Made by a program: the position numbers and the translations under genes. This document shows positions 37,578 to 50,810 of a DNA stretch of 64,000 nucleotides, piece by piece (the stretch's first letter is position 1; each line of letters opens with the position of its first letter). The stretch comes from Anthoceros angustus. Its lineage: Eukaryota > Plantae > Anthocerotophyta. The notes under the pieces were generated by a model. It was not told the origin of the DNA, ran no database searches, and saw only the letters and a list, made by a program, of their open reading frames with translations. The stretch lies in assembly GCA_010909165.1 (NCBI GenBank), contig MU008169.1, forward strand, positions 248,001 through 312,000. The letters run 5' to 3'.

Positions 37578-40165
37578 TCACTTATCGTCGGTATCGTCCA
37601 TGAGCTCAGAAGCGCGTTCAGGACCTTCCGATTTATACGGTGCTATGTGATGCATTGTTGTCTGCAAGGAGCTCATCAAATCATTGTCGATCACCTCGTA
37701 CCTGCCACACACGGAGCAGCTAGATGAGTCACGGCACGAACAATCTCCAAATGAAGATGCCAAGCGAGCAATCACCAATCACCAAGACATTCTTACATTC
37801 TCCTGCAACGCGTGTCAGTCACCAGAGTCATCTGTATGACCTTCCTTCGGATCTCTGTCACTTCAGTATCACTAGTGCTGCGTCCCAAGGGCATTTCAAG
37901 AAGATTAGCCAGCCGCTCAACTGTCTGTTCCAATTGCTGTTGTTGATCCTCAAAAAGGTTCTGATTTATGGTATTCTGCTCCTTAGAAATGTCACCCTTG
38001 AACAGGTCATTCCCAAACATAAAGAATGCTAGAGGAAACGAGTAGGATAAGGTTCTCCTGGCTCGGAAAAGCGTTTGCAATCCATCTGTCAGCCAGGCGT
38101 AGTCCTTGAAATTGGATTCACTGCCTTGCAATGTTGTGATTTTGCTCTGAAGATCCTTACGTTGCTTATCCTCTAACTTCAGGGAATCTACATGGCCCAT
38201 CCAGCGCGAGTGGTAGTATCTGTAGCGCTTGAGGTCCCGCTTCCATCTCGCTATCTCCTTTTCTTTCTGGTCGTTGAACCGGTCACAAATGTGGATTGCA
38301 TCCGACCAGTGCTCCCGACCGATTGCACCACCGCATAACCAGCTAACAAAGATGCAACGTCGTCAGCCCCGTGAGATAACGACTCCTGAGGACCATAAAA
38401 CACACTGTACATAGCCAGCCTACAGGGATGTAATATTCCTTGACTTGACAGATATATGTTCTAATGCTAAACAACAACGCAAAGATGGCTTTACTGAAGC
38501 ATTTCTCTTAGCAAAAAGATCTCTCCCTGCAGCATACGACCTGAATGCTTAGCAATGGTGCATACCCAGCATGCATGCATTTTTTAGTGTGAAGGAGAAG
38601 AAGGAAGAAATGTCTTACCAGAAAACCTGGCCGCAGACGCAACGCACCCAGTTACAGCCACCACTCTTTTCCACAAGTTTCTTACATTTAGGACATGGCT
38701 TAGTGAACATTGTGAGCCAGGTCACGCTCTCTGACTCATCCTGGCACTTCTTGATCCATAGGTCCCACATGACACAAGAGCATGGAGAGTGTGGCTCTGC
38801 CCTACAATTGAAACAAAACTGGTGCCCACAAATGCACTCGATCTCGCAATACGGTTCATCTTCAACCCTAATAGCGTTTCCACAGTGGGGATGCTAGGAC
38901 ACCACTTCACTTTCGCATTGTCTTCAATGTAAGATTCCAAGAGACAGCGATCATATCGCTCCAACATTTCAGGATGGCTTGCACCCACGAACTGGCGCAC
39001 CTTGTCCTCATCACATATAACATTACACAGAGGTTCCATACAGGTGACACGTCTGCTTTCACCATCCCCAATCTTCACTAAAAAATAAGTTGTCCAACCT
39101 GAACAAATGACGCAAGTAGGTGACATTTCAGCAGAACCGTTAGTCCTCCTGGAATCACATAAGCAAGCGCAAAATCCAGGCTCCTCTTGCCCGTGACGCT
39201 GTCATTCTCTTTAACCAAGAGGTACGTTCGGGCAGCGCTCAAGCTATAAAAGAGTGACTGACAATTAAGTGCATGGTTACAGTGCCACGTACACTCATTG
39301 CAGAAGCAGTGACCACAATCCATCGTCGATGTCTCTGTACACGAAACCTCTTCCAGGCAAGTCCCACACTTAAAAAGTGCTCCCAAGACATCTGCTGAAG
39401 TGGAACTTATGCCAGTTGTGTTAATCTGTGCACGTATGGGCAGCCCAGCTTGCAGAAATAATCTGTCTTCACCATGGTCTGCCAGCGTCCCAAACAAGGA
39501 CTCCACGTTCCACCGATGGTAGATAAGTAGAGTGCGTGCATGGTGAAGCCTTATGCCCAGCACATCAGCCACTCTCTTCAGATCGCCACTCTGCTCAGCC
39601 AACCAGACGAACATAGTGAATCCCTAAACCACTACCCCATCGCTGCGCAAGTATACACTATGAAGCTGACACTTAATTGAGCTCTCCTGCTGGGAGCAAA
39701 GTTAAAAGAGCATGGACAAAAACTGAAACAGCTAACAATTGTCTGGAAAAGTACCTGAGCAGCAAGCAAGGAAGCTTTGCTGATGACCTGAAAGCACGCA
39801 ACATTGCATCAGTGAGTACACGGACTATTTAAGCAGGACCAAATTTGAACAAGGACAAAATAAAGAACAATTGAGGGTGCAGGACGGAGCACGCTCGCAA
39901 TTTCAGGCATTTCACATCACCAGCCTATCGGAAACCAGTCAAAATTGAACGCTGAGAACATTCGGAAAATAGGGTACCTAAGGCTCGCCTAGTAGCCTTA
40001 TTGTCTGTACAGTAAACAACATGGAATGCACCTCACCTTGTGCCGGGAATCTGAGTTGGTGAACAGACCCAAGTCTTCTTCCTCATCGTTGAGGTCGCCG
40101 TCTGAGTCGTTGAAGGAATAATCGGTATTGAAGGAATAACTGGGGTCGCTCCAGTTATCAGCCAT
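37578..40165 (-). CDS. ARI: ARIADNE RBR E3 ubiquitin ligase, copy 1; 6 exons, one apparent 1-nt frameshift at ~38887-38890
   Basis: Exons 40037-40165, 39755-39787, 39293-39590, 38619-39098, 37797-38342 and 37578-37701 with GT-AG sites. RING1 (CGTC..CGHCFC), IBR, RING2 (CPKC..GGCNWVRCVC) and Ariadne domain are present. Confidence 0.85.
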
Positions 40166-40829
40166 CTTATAAATCAACAGGAGACGCGGTTGATCGAGGC
40201 GCGGCTCTGGATTCTGAGAATGGGCGTCCTGTACATATTTAAGCTTACATTGAGTATGATAGAGATCCAGTACACATGAGAGTTGTTCCGGGTTAGACCA
40301 CCAGCTGCTTGGAACATTTTTTGATACTGATTGTTGTGGCAGATAGATTTTGATCTAGCCCGGGGGTGGTGTGATTCTCACCTCTGAATGTGGGCTACGG
40401 CACAGATATAGATAGGCTTACATTAAGTGTGATCGAGCTCCCCTACACGTGAAAGTTCATTCCATAAGAAAAAAGCCAGAAAATCCAAGCTTATGTTTGC
40501 AGCGAAGCAGTGTCAAAGATGACACAAGCTCAGTGTCAATTCCGATCTCATATGTTCCGACAACAGATTTAAGCACTCCAAGCAACTTGGATTAACGTCT
40601 CTTAGATATCCAATGGGCATGTCCACGCTCCAGCTAGGTGGACAAGACCTCTAGAATAGTCTGAAACCCTGACCAGGGGAATGGGAAGCGCAAGAGCACC
40701 TCACTGCCAGATACTTTTAAATTGATCTGATGGATTGGGAAAATTTTAACCCTAATTGAACTTTAATTATTTAACAGATGTGAGCACGGGTAGGCTGATC
40801 TTCAGGGTAGTGGAGGTTGGAGGGTAAGG

Positions 40830-41900
40830 ATGGGCGCAGGTGTGAGGAGAACAAGAAGCATTTGACAGCTGGAGCCTGTAGGAAGATGCTGACCCTGGCA
40901 AGCCTGGCTGCACCTGATCCGGGCACATTTCTATTCCTCTGCAAGCATGTGCAAGCGTTCGCAACCCCGGTTTGGACATGGGGAAACAGCTTCGTGCCTA
41001 CGTTGAAGAACGAAGGTTTGAAGCTGATATGTTTTGATTGCGAACAGTTTTTTTCTATCATGTATATGCACAGTGCGGCAGCTTGGAAGACGCTTGGAGA
41101 TTGTTTGAGGAAGTTGGTCTGACAAAGAGATGCGGTGACGTGGAATACCATGATAGCAGGGTACTCCCGCCAGGTCTGGGGCATGGGCCAGACAGGACTT
41201 CGCAACTACAGTGGAATGCAAGAACAGGGCTTGGCTGGACGTATGTGCTCCTGCAGGCATTTGCAACTTAATGGAGGCATTAAAGAAGAGATGAGGGTGG
41301 CGTTTTTGTAGCCGGTCCAGAGTTTGTTAAGCATGATACAACGTGTGGCAGCTTGGATGATCGATGCTCACACTGTACATGTATTTAAGGGCCTGATTAG
41401 AAGGATGTAGTGAAATGGAATGCCACTAACGTTTCAGGGCAAGGAAATGTGTGGTGGACAAGGACCTCGTCCTCCGTGGCCGAGTTCATGCTTTTACTGT
41501 CACAACGGGGTACCACAGTCAAACACTTTCCTATGCAACCACATCGGGTGAATACATGCTCACGGCCGGTTGTAATGTCGAGGGGACGGATTTGTTTGCA
41601 GTGGTTGGTAAACTAGATGCCTACGCTTGGTCTTACATCATTTCTGCGCATGTAAAGAAGGAGGAGGCGAGCAGGGCATGGAAGTGTATCGTGTCATGCC
41701 TAGGTCGAGTGTGAGACCAAATGGCCATGTGTCTGTGGCAGCTCTTCAGGCCTGTGCAAAGGGAGCAGACTTGACGACGGGGCCGCAGCTGCATGCTCAA
41801 GTGTTGGCCATCTGGACATGGCCTTTGAGTCAGCCAGCCGTCCGTCTTTACTATGAAGTGCAAGGCTGGAGCGAAGCTTCCCCTGGTCGGGTCGCATTTC
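40830..41900 (+). pseudogene. PLS-type PPR pseudogene convergent with ARI copy 2
   Basis: YAQCGSLEDAWRLFEE, DAVTWNTMIAGY, KDLVLRGRVHA, RPNGHVSVAALQACAKGADL; multiple frameshifts. Confidence 0.8.
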
Positions 41901-42165
41901 TACCCTGAGGATTAGGACATGGAAGCAACTGCGTGAGACAACATGGACGGACTTGGGGTTTTCCGTGGACGATTGAAATTTTTCGAATTCAGAGGGTTCA
42001 TCCAGCCTCGCAAGGACAGTCTGTTGCATTGTACATTATTGGGACATATCCTCCTTGCAAACTTCAAGAATCTGTGCTACGATGGAGCCCTCACAAACAA
42101 ATACACAGGTTTTCTGCAGTTCATCGATGACTACTTCTGCACCCACTCCTTGAACTGGTCAGGAC

Positions 42166-44758
42166 TCACTTATCGTCGGTATCGTCCATGAGCTCAGAAG
42201 CGCGTTCAGGACCTTCCGATTTATACGGTGCTATGTGATGCATTGATGTCTGCAAGGAGCTCATCAAATCATTGTCGATCACCTCGTACCTGCCACACAC
42301 GGAGCAGCTAGGTGAGTCACGGCACGAACAATCTCCAAATAAAAATGCCAAGCGAGCAATCACCAATCAAGCAAGACATTCTTACATTCTCCTGCAACGC
42401 GTGTCAGTCAGCAGAGTCATCTGTACGACCTGCCTTCGGATCTCTGTCACTTCAGTGTCACTAGTGCTGCGTCCCAAGGGCATCTCAAGAAGATTAGCCA
42501 GCCCCTCAACTGTCTGTTCCAATTGCTGTTGTTGATCCTCAAAAAGGTTCTGATTTATGGTATTCTGCTTCTCAGAAATGGCATCCTTGAACAGGTCATT
42601 CCCAAACATAAAGAATGCTAGAGGGAAAGAGAAGGATAAGGTTCTCCTGGCTCGGAAAAGCGTTTGCAATCCATCTGTCAGCCAAGTGTAGTCCTTGAAA
42701 TTGGATTCACGGGCTTCCAATGTTGTGATTTTGCTCTGAAGATCCATACGTTGCTTCTCCTCTAACTTCAGGGAATCTACATGGCCCATCCTGCGCGAGA
42801 GGTAGTATGTGTACCGCTTGAGGTCCCGCTTCCATCTTTCCCCCTCCTCTCCTTTCTGGTCGTCGAACCGGTCACAAGTGTGACCGTCGATTGCATCCAC
42901 CCCGTGCTGCTGACCGGTTGCAGCACCGCATAACCAGCTAACAAAGATGCAACGTCGTCAGCCCCGTGAGATAACCACTCCTCGAGAGCATAAAACACGC
43001 ACTGTACATAGCCAGCCTAGAAGGATGCAATGTTCCACGACTTGACAGATATAGGTTGTAATGCCAAACAACAACACAAAGATGGCTTTACTGGAGCATT
43101 TCTCTTAGCAAAAAGAGCTCTTCCTGAAGCAAACTACCAGAATGCTTAGAAACGGTGCATACCCAGCATGCATGCATTTTTTAGTGTGAACGAGTCTTAA
43201 GAAGGAAGAAATGTCTTACCAGAAACCCTGGCCGCAGACGCAACCCACCCAGTTACAGCCACCATTCTTTTCCACAGGTTTCTTACATTTAGGACATGGC
43301 TTAGTGAACATTGTGAGCCAGGTCACGCTCTCTGACTCATCCTGGTACTTCTTGACCCATAGGTCCCACATGACACAAGAGCATGGAGAGTGTGGCTCTG
43401 CCCTACAATTGAAACAAAACTGGTGCCCACAAATGCACTCAATCTCGCAATACGGTTCATCTTCAACCCTAATAGCGTTTCCACAGTGCGGGATGCTAGG
43501 ACACCACTTCACTTTCGCATTGTCTTCAATGTAAGATTCCAAGAGACAGCGATCATATCGCTCCAACATTTCAGGATGGCTTGCACCCACGAACTGGCGC
43601 ACCTTGTCCTCATCACATCTAGCATTACACCGAGGTTCCATACAGGTGACACGTCTGCTTTCACCATCCCTAATCTTCACTAAAAAATAAGTTGTCCAAC
43701 CTGAACAAATGACGCAAGTACGTGACATTTGAGCAGAACCGTCAGTCCTCCTGGAATCACATATGCAAGCGCAAAATCCAGAAGCTGTAATTCTCTTTAA
43801 CAAAGAGGTACATTCGGGCAGCGCTCAAGCTACAAAACAGTGACTGACAATGAAGTGCATGGTTACAAGTGCCACGTACACTCATTGCAGAAACAGTGAC
43901 CACAATCCATCGTCGATGTCTCTGTACGCGAAACCTCTTCCAGGCAAGTCCCACACTCAAAAAGTGCTCCCAAGACATCTGCTGAAGTGGAACTTGTGCG
44001 AGTTGTGTTCATCCGTGCACGTGGAGGCAGCCCAGCTTGCAGAAATAGTCCGTCTTCACCATTGTCTGCCAGCGTCCCAAACAAGGACTCCACGTTCCAC
44101 CGATGGTGGATAAGCAGAGTGCGTGCATGGTGAAGCCTTATGCCCAGCACATCAGCCACTTTCTTCAGGTCGCCACTCTGCTCAGCCAACCAGACGAACG
44201 TAGTGAATCCCTGGACCACTATCCCATCGCTCCGCAGGTATACACTCTGAAGCTGACACTTAACTGAGCTCTCCTGCTGGGAATACAGTTATACGAGCAT
44301 GGAGAAAAACTGAAACAGACAACAATTGTCTGGAAAAGTACCTGAGCAGCAAGCAAGGAAGCTTTGGTGATGACCTGAAAGCACGCAACATTGCCAATCC
44401 GTGAGTACACGCACTATTTAAGCAAGACCAAATTTTAACAGAGTCCCTGCAATCGTTTCTCAAGGACAAAATAAAGAACAACTGAGGGTGCAGGACGGAG
44501 CACGCTAGCAATTTCAGGCATTTCACATCACCAGCCTATCGAAAACCAGTCAAAATTGAAAGCTGAGAACATATGTACAATGGGGTGCCTAAGGCTAGCC
44601 TAATAGCCTTGTTGTCTGTACAGTTAACGACATTGAATGAACCTCACCTTGTTCCGGGAATCTGAATTGGTGACCAAACCCAAGTCTTCTTCCTCATCGT
44701 TGAGGTCGCCGTCTGAGTCGTTGAAGGAGTAATCGGCATCGCTCCAGTCATCAGCCAT
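42166..44758 (-). CDS. ARI: ARIADNE RBR E3 ubiquitin ligase, copy 2; intact, 6 exons, 532 aa by my exon count
   Basis: Exons 44648-44758, 44342-44374, 43880-44177, 43220-43700, 42386-42937 and 42166-42289 sum to 1599 nt with consistent phases. Acidic N-terminus, RING1-IBR-RING2 (catalytic GGC retained) and Ariadne domain; closest in motifs to plant ARI1/ARI2. Confidence 0.92.
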
Positions 44759-45152
44759 CTTATAAATCAAGAGGAGACGCGGTTGATCGAGGCGCGGCTA
44801 TGAATTCTAAGACATGGGCTTTCTGTACATATATAGCCTTACATTGAGTATTATCGAGATCCCTTACACGTGAGACTTGTTCCGGGTTAGACCATCAGCT
44901 GCTTGGAATATTTGTTTATACTGATTTTATTCTCACCCCTGAATGTGGGCTAGGCACATATATAGGCTTACATTAAGTGTTTTCGAACTCTTCTATACGT
45001 AAAACTTTTTTTAATCGTAAAATTTTATTCCATTAAAAAAAACTAATTAGGTGATATTTTAGCAGAACTATTAATCCTCCTTATGGAATCACATAAGCAG
45101 CCGCAAAGTCCAGGTTCTCTTGCCCGTCACGCTGTAATTATCTGAAACCAAG

Positions 45153-47360
45153 AGACGGTAGGATCGGAGAAGGGAGTAGGCACTACGGTAGGAGGAAAAG
45201 TGCCTGAAGAGGAAGTCCATGAAGGACCAGTCGCCATGGAAGGAGCAAGCAACAAAGAAACCGCCGAGGAGTGTTGGTGTCTACATGTTGGCTGATGCGT
45301 GAGCAATTGGGAGCACTACGCGACTAGAGGCGTGCTCCTAAATTCCAAAGCTCTAAGATCCTCCACGAAATTGATTTGGGAGCACTCTGCGACTAGGCAT
45401 GCTCTAAATTCCAAAGCTCTAAGATCCTCCACACGAAATTGATGCTCACACGAGGACTACCAAGAATGCTTGAAGGAGAGGGTGGGCATCTTCTTCTTAT
45501 GGAAAAGGGGCACCAATAGTATAGCGACACTTGTCCATGAACTCAGTATTACAACAAGTTCCTGGCGTGGCGTGCACGATCATGTGCATATGCAACATGA
45601 AAATCATCACGCATGGCTGGGACTCCATCAAGTGGTCAAAGAGTGTGTTATGTGGTAAGCAAACCTAAATAGCGGATATCTAAGGTGAGGATTCGAAGAT
45701 TCCTTGACGTTTGGGATTGGGTTGAAAGGCCATGCCCTTATAAATGAGGTTGTCCTTGGGTTTTGGCTAGATTTTTCCAAGGACAACTCTAGTTAAAATT
45801 TTTTGATTGGGTTTAGCCCCTAGAGTTTCCTTGGACTTCGAAACCACCGGTTTGTTTAACCCTAATGCTAGTTACCAAAACCCAAGGACAAATAAGAGTA
45901 TGAATAGAGAATATACCCCCATGTAATTAAGGGATAATAAGAGGGTTTTCTTGCCTAGCGCATCCCTAGTTAAGTTAGAATTGTGCTAGTTTGAATGCGT
46001 TCTGCCAATTCACAAGTTCCTTTGGTTCCAAACCATGAGCTAGTGGCGCACCGTAAAAAAATCATGGATCACGTTTTCCGAGACTACACGAGAATGGCAC
46101 GTGCTCTGTACACGCCGGTTTGATCTGTGGTAGAGGACGGCGGATGCGATAGGCGGCTGAGTGCATGAGTATCCACGGTGAGGCTTGAGCGGATGACTTA
46201 AGGAGGAAAAGCGGATGATCGCAGGGCACAATGAAGCGAGGTAGGCGGACGCCGCGTCTCAGCTACCTATTACGAGAACGCATGCCTTGAGGCTAGACAG
46301 GAATTGGGGTTTCGATTGCGAGATGAGGATGCGCAAGTTTGGACACTCTATCCGCGATTCATCCTTGATAAAGATGACAAGAGGCTTTTAGTTTAGGCCT
46401 ATAGTTTTGGCTTGGAAAGAGGCTCGCAATATAAGGAAGGAGGCTCGCAACTATTTGAAGGGTGAGAACAAGATCAAGTCATACTTGCTAAAGAATTTGA
46501 AGAGGGAACATCAAAGTATTCTTGAAAGAGGAACAAGCAAAGATTGACGGTGGTCTCACAAACTCACCAAGAAACTTGTTGCTCAAGAGGACTGAAGCAA
46601 GCAGTGCTTATAGCCACTATGGATTTGGAGGTCAACGACAGTTTGTGGACAAGTTTAAGGCTAGGTTTGGTAGGGATCCAATGTTGGAGGAGATCAACGC
46701 TGTTGGGTCCAAGCCTGAACATTAGCTAAAGAAGCTGCATGCATTTTGGAAGACCAGCCAAACTGCAAGTCCTTCATTGGGGACTCAGAAGGATGCTATA
46801 GGGAAGATGGACAAGGCTGTGAATGTGTGGAATCTTTTACATGAAGCAGGGTACAACAGTGAAGAGTGTGATGAAAGAGTCATGGAGACAATTCTTCCGA
46901 AGAATGTTTTGGAAGAGGGCTTCATGGTGGAGCATTTGCTTCCCCGAGCAATGGCAAAGAAAGCCAAGAAATCCACTGGCTAATCTAGGGTGATAGCATA
47001 CACTCATTACCTTAGCCTTGTTCGTTGAGGTTTATGATTGATTTCATTTATTTGAAAATTTTGTGACCCTTTGCAGGGGGACCTTTTCTATTTTGCACAG
47101 CTGGCGGAACTTGTGAACCGAGCATGTTGGAGACTGTAGCATTACTATGGGCCCCTAAACTATGGTATTTTACTATACTACGCCACTGAACTTTACAATG
47201 GAATAAAATATTAGTACGAACCAATAATTTACAATAAAATAGTCGGATGTAAAGTTTACAATGGGCTTCAAATTTACTACGGAATTGAAGTTTACAACGG
47301 AGCTGTACATTACAATAGATTTACCCTTTACAACGAACTAGAGTTTTACACACAACAAGG
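45153..47360 (+). mobile_element. CACTA remnant of the element-A family: ORF2 exons plus TTTACAA subterminal motifs, no TIR
   Basis: PNHELVAHRKKIMDHV; EEQAKIDG...GFGGQRQFVDKFKARFGRDPMLEEI...VWNLLHEAGYNSEECDERVM; then TTTACAATGG/TTTACAACGG repeats at 47180-47350. Same layout as 22400-25360. Confidence 0.7.
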
Positions 47361-48130
47361 CCATTTGGCGAAGCCTTAGGCATCGTGAACCGTGGCTGTC
47401 GTACATATTTGCTTAGTTTAAGTTTCAACTGGTTTTCCACAAGCTGCTATTAGGAATTGCTTGAAATTGCGATCATGCTCTGCCATGCACCGTATTGTTG
47501 CTTATTTGGTCCTTGGCAAATTGTGTTGTGAAAACTCTCTTAGAATTTTATCTTTCTTAAATACTCCGTGTATGGATCAGCAACGCAACATTGTGTGCTT
47601 GCAGGTTATCACCCAAGCTTCCTTGCTTGCTGCTTAGGTACTTTTCAAGACAAGTCGTTGGGTGTTCCCATTTTTCGCACACTCTTTATAATTAAGCCTC
47701 TATTCCCAGCAGGATCGGAGTCAATTATGTGGCAGCTCTAGACTATATACTTTCGAAATGACAAGAAAGTGATCCAAAGACTATTCACCATGTTCGATTT
47801 GAAAACTGAAAGTATATTAAGAGTTAAGAAAGTGGCCGATATGTTCGGCATAAGGCTTCACCATGCATGATCAGACACCACCATCGGTGGAATATGGAGT
47901 CCTTGTTTGGCAAGGAGAAAGACAACGGTGAAGAAGGATTATTTCTGGAAGCTGGACTACCCCGACGAATCAACATGACAACCCGCACTAGATCCTCTTT
48001 CAAGAAATGTCTTGGGAGCAACATTTTTATTGGACTTGCCTAGAAGATGTTTCTAGTATAGAGTCATCGACGTTGGATTGTGGTCACTCTTGTGTAATGA
48101 GTGGTAACATCATAACCCCGCAGACTTATT
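47360..48130 (+). pseudogene. ARI: ARI fragment type b: intron 1 end, exon 2, exon 3
   Basis: CAG|GTTATCACCCAAGCTTCCTTGCTTGCTGCTTAG|GTAC, then a degenerate exon 3 ending in the CGH motif. Confidence 0.85.
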
Positions 48131-48627
48131 TATAACGTGGAGATGCGTTGATCGAGGCGCATGGCGGATTCGAGACATGGGCTTTTTGTTGTGTACATGT
48201 ATAAGCTTACATGGAGTATTATCGAGATCCCATACACGTGAGAGTTGTTCCGGGTTAGACCACCGGCTGCTTGGAATATATTTTGATACTGATTGTTGTG
48301 GCAGAGAGTTTTTGATCTAGCCCGGGGGTGGTGTGATTCTCACCTCGGATGAGCTATGCGACATGTATAGGCTTATATCTGGCTTTATCGAGCTCCTCTA
48401 CATGTGAAAGTTTTTTTAATAGTAAAAATTTATTCTATAAAAAGAAAAAGCCAATTAGGTGACATTTTAGGAGAATCGTTCATCCTCCTTCTCGAATCAC
48501 ATAAGCAATCAAATAAGTGCAGGGTTATGAGTGTTACTTACACTCATTACACAAGAGTGACCACAATCCAACGTCGATGACTCTATACTAGGAACCTCTT
48601 CTAGGCAAGTCCAATACGCAAATTTGG

Positions 48628-50810
48628 CCTAATTAGTTTCAGGCCAAATATTAGGCCTAAACCAATCATGTTTGAACTAATTAGGACTGAAATTCAACAG
48701 CCTAAAAAATCCAAGCCAAACCTATAGACCTAAACTAAAGGCCTCTTGTCATCCTCATTGTCCAAGGATGAATCCTTGCAGAGTGTACAAACTTCATGAT
48801 CCTCATCAGCAATCGAAACCCCAATTCCTATTCTAGCCCTCGTTTATGGTACATTCCTAATAGTCCGATCACATGTGTCCGCATATCTTCCGTTGTGCCC
48901 TTGCGATCGTCTGCTTTCCTCCTTAGGCCATCCGCCTGCGTATCACTATGGATACTCATGTACTTAATTGCTGCCTCACCGTGATCCGTCATCCTCTACA
49001 CATCAAACCGTGACATGCACTGCTCCCATCCTCCTGTAGTCCTCGAGCGCAAATGCATGTCGTGATCCATGATTTTTATCGTGTGCCACTAGCTCATGGT
49101 TTGGAACCAAAGGAACTTCAATTCCATGGAACGCATTCAAACTAGCACACCTGTGCTAACCATAATGGGGACGCGCCTTAGGCGTAGAAAACCTCTTATT
49201 ATCCCTTAATTACATGGGTATATTCTCTATTCATACTCTTATTTGTCCTTGGGTTTTGGTAACTAGCTAGGGTTAAACAAACCAAGTGGTTTCAAGTCCA
49301 AGGAAACTCCGGGGTTTGAACCCAATCAAAAATTTTAACTAGAGTTGTCCTTGGGTCAAAATTTTTCAAGGACAACTCTAGTTAAAATTTTTGATTGGGT
49401 TTCAAACCCCGAGTTTCCTTGGACTTCAAAACCACCGGGTTTGTTTAACCCTAACGCTAGTTACCAAAACCCAAGGACAAATAAGAGTATGAATAGAGAA
49501 TATACCCGCATGTAATTAAGGGGATAATAAGAGGTTTTCTACGCGTCCCCATTATGGTTAGCCTGAATTGTGCTAGTTTGAATGCGCTCCTAATTCGAAG
49601 TTCCTTGGTTCCAAACCATGAGCAGTGGCACACGAGCTAAAAATCATGGATCACGACATGCATGCGCTCGAGGACTACACAGAGGATGGGAGCGAGGTAT
49701 ACCACTCCGGTTTGAGTGTGTGGAGAGGATGACGGATGCGGTGGGGCAACAAATTAAGTACATGAGTATCCATAGTGATACGCTTAGGCGGATGGCCTAA
49801 GGAGGAAACGACGATCGCAAGGTAAACTAAGTGAGATATGAGATATCAGGACATCTCAATCCCCAGCTATTAGAATGTGCACTGAAAGCGAGGGCTAGAA
49901 TAGGAATTGGGGTTTCTTTGCGGATGAGGATCGCAAGTTTGTACACTCACCAAGGATTCATCCTTGGACAATGAGGGATGACAAGAGGCCTTTAGTTTAG
50001 GTCTATAGGTTTGGCTTGGATTTTTAGGCTGCTGAATTTTAGTCCTAATTAGTTCAAACATGATTGGTTTAGGCCTAATATTTGCCTCGAAACTAATTAG
50101 GACTGAAATTCAACAGCCTAAAAAATCCAAGCCAAACCTATAGACCTAAACTAAAGGCCTCTTGTCATCCTCATTGTCCAAGGATGAATCCTTGCAGAGT
50201 GTACAAACTTGCGCATCCTCATCTGCAACTGAAACCCCAATTCCTATTCTAGCCCTCGTTTTTGCGGTGCACATTCTCAGAATAGCTGGGGGCTGAGATT
50301 GCGATGTCCGCATATCTCACTTCGTTGTGCCCTTGCGATCGTCCGTTTTCCTCCTTAGGCCATCCGCTTCAAGCGTATCACTATGGATACTCATGTACTT
50401 AATTTGTTGCCGCCCCTACCGCATCCGTCATCCTCTACCACACACTGAAACCGGTAGTGTACACAGCACTCGTTCCCATCCTCTGTGTAGTCCTCGAGCG
50501 CAAATGCATGTACGTGATCCATGATTTTTTTATCGTGTGCCACTAGCTCATGGTTTGGAACCAAAGGAACTTCTGAATTCTGGCGGGAACGCATTCAAAC
50601 TAGCACAATTCCAGGCTAACCATAATGGGGACGCGCCTTAGGCGAGAAAACCTCTTATTATCCCTTAATTACATGCGGGTATATTCTCTATTCATACTCT
50701 TATTTGTCCTTGGGTTTTGGTAACTAGCGTTAGGGTTAAACAAACCAGTGGTTTCGAAGTCCAAGGAAACTCTGGGGTTTGAACCCAATCAAAAAATTTT
50801 AACTAGAGTT
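48628..50810. repeat. Inverted triplication (reverse-forward-reverse) of a ~730-bp CACTA-derived segment
   Basis: Arms 48628-49353 and 49367-50101 are reverse complements around a 13-nt loop. The segment from ~50090 onward repeats the first arm again. Confidence 0.9.

Noticed and set aside
43211-43683. Antisense ORFs over ARI exons (e.g. 43211-43534, 43390-43683, 63019-63491)
   Set aside because: Shadow frames of the real ARI coding strand.
45855-45870. Telomere-like AACCCTAA / TTTAGGG hits
   Set aside because: Isolated single motifs with no array.
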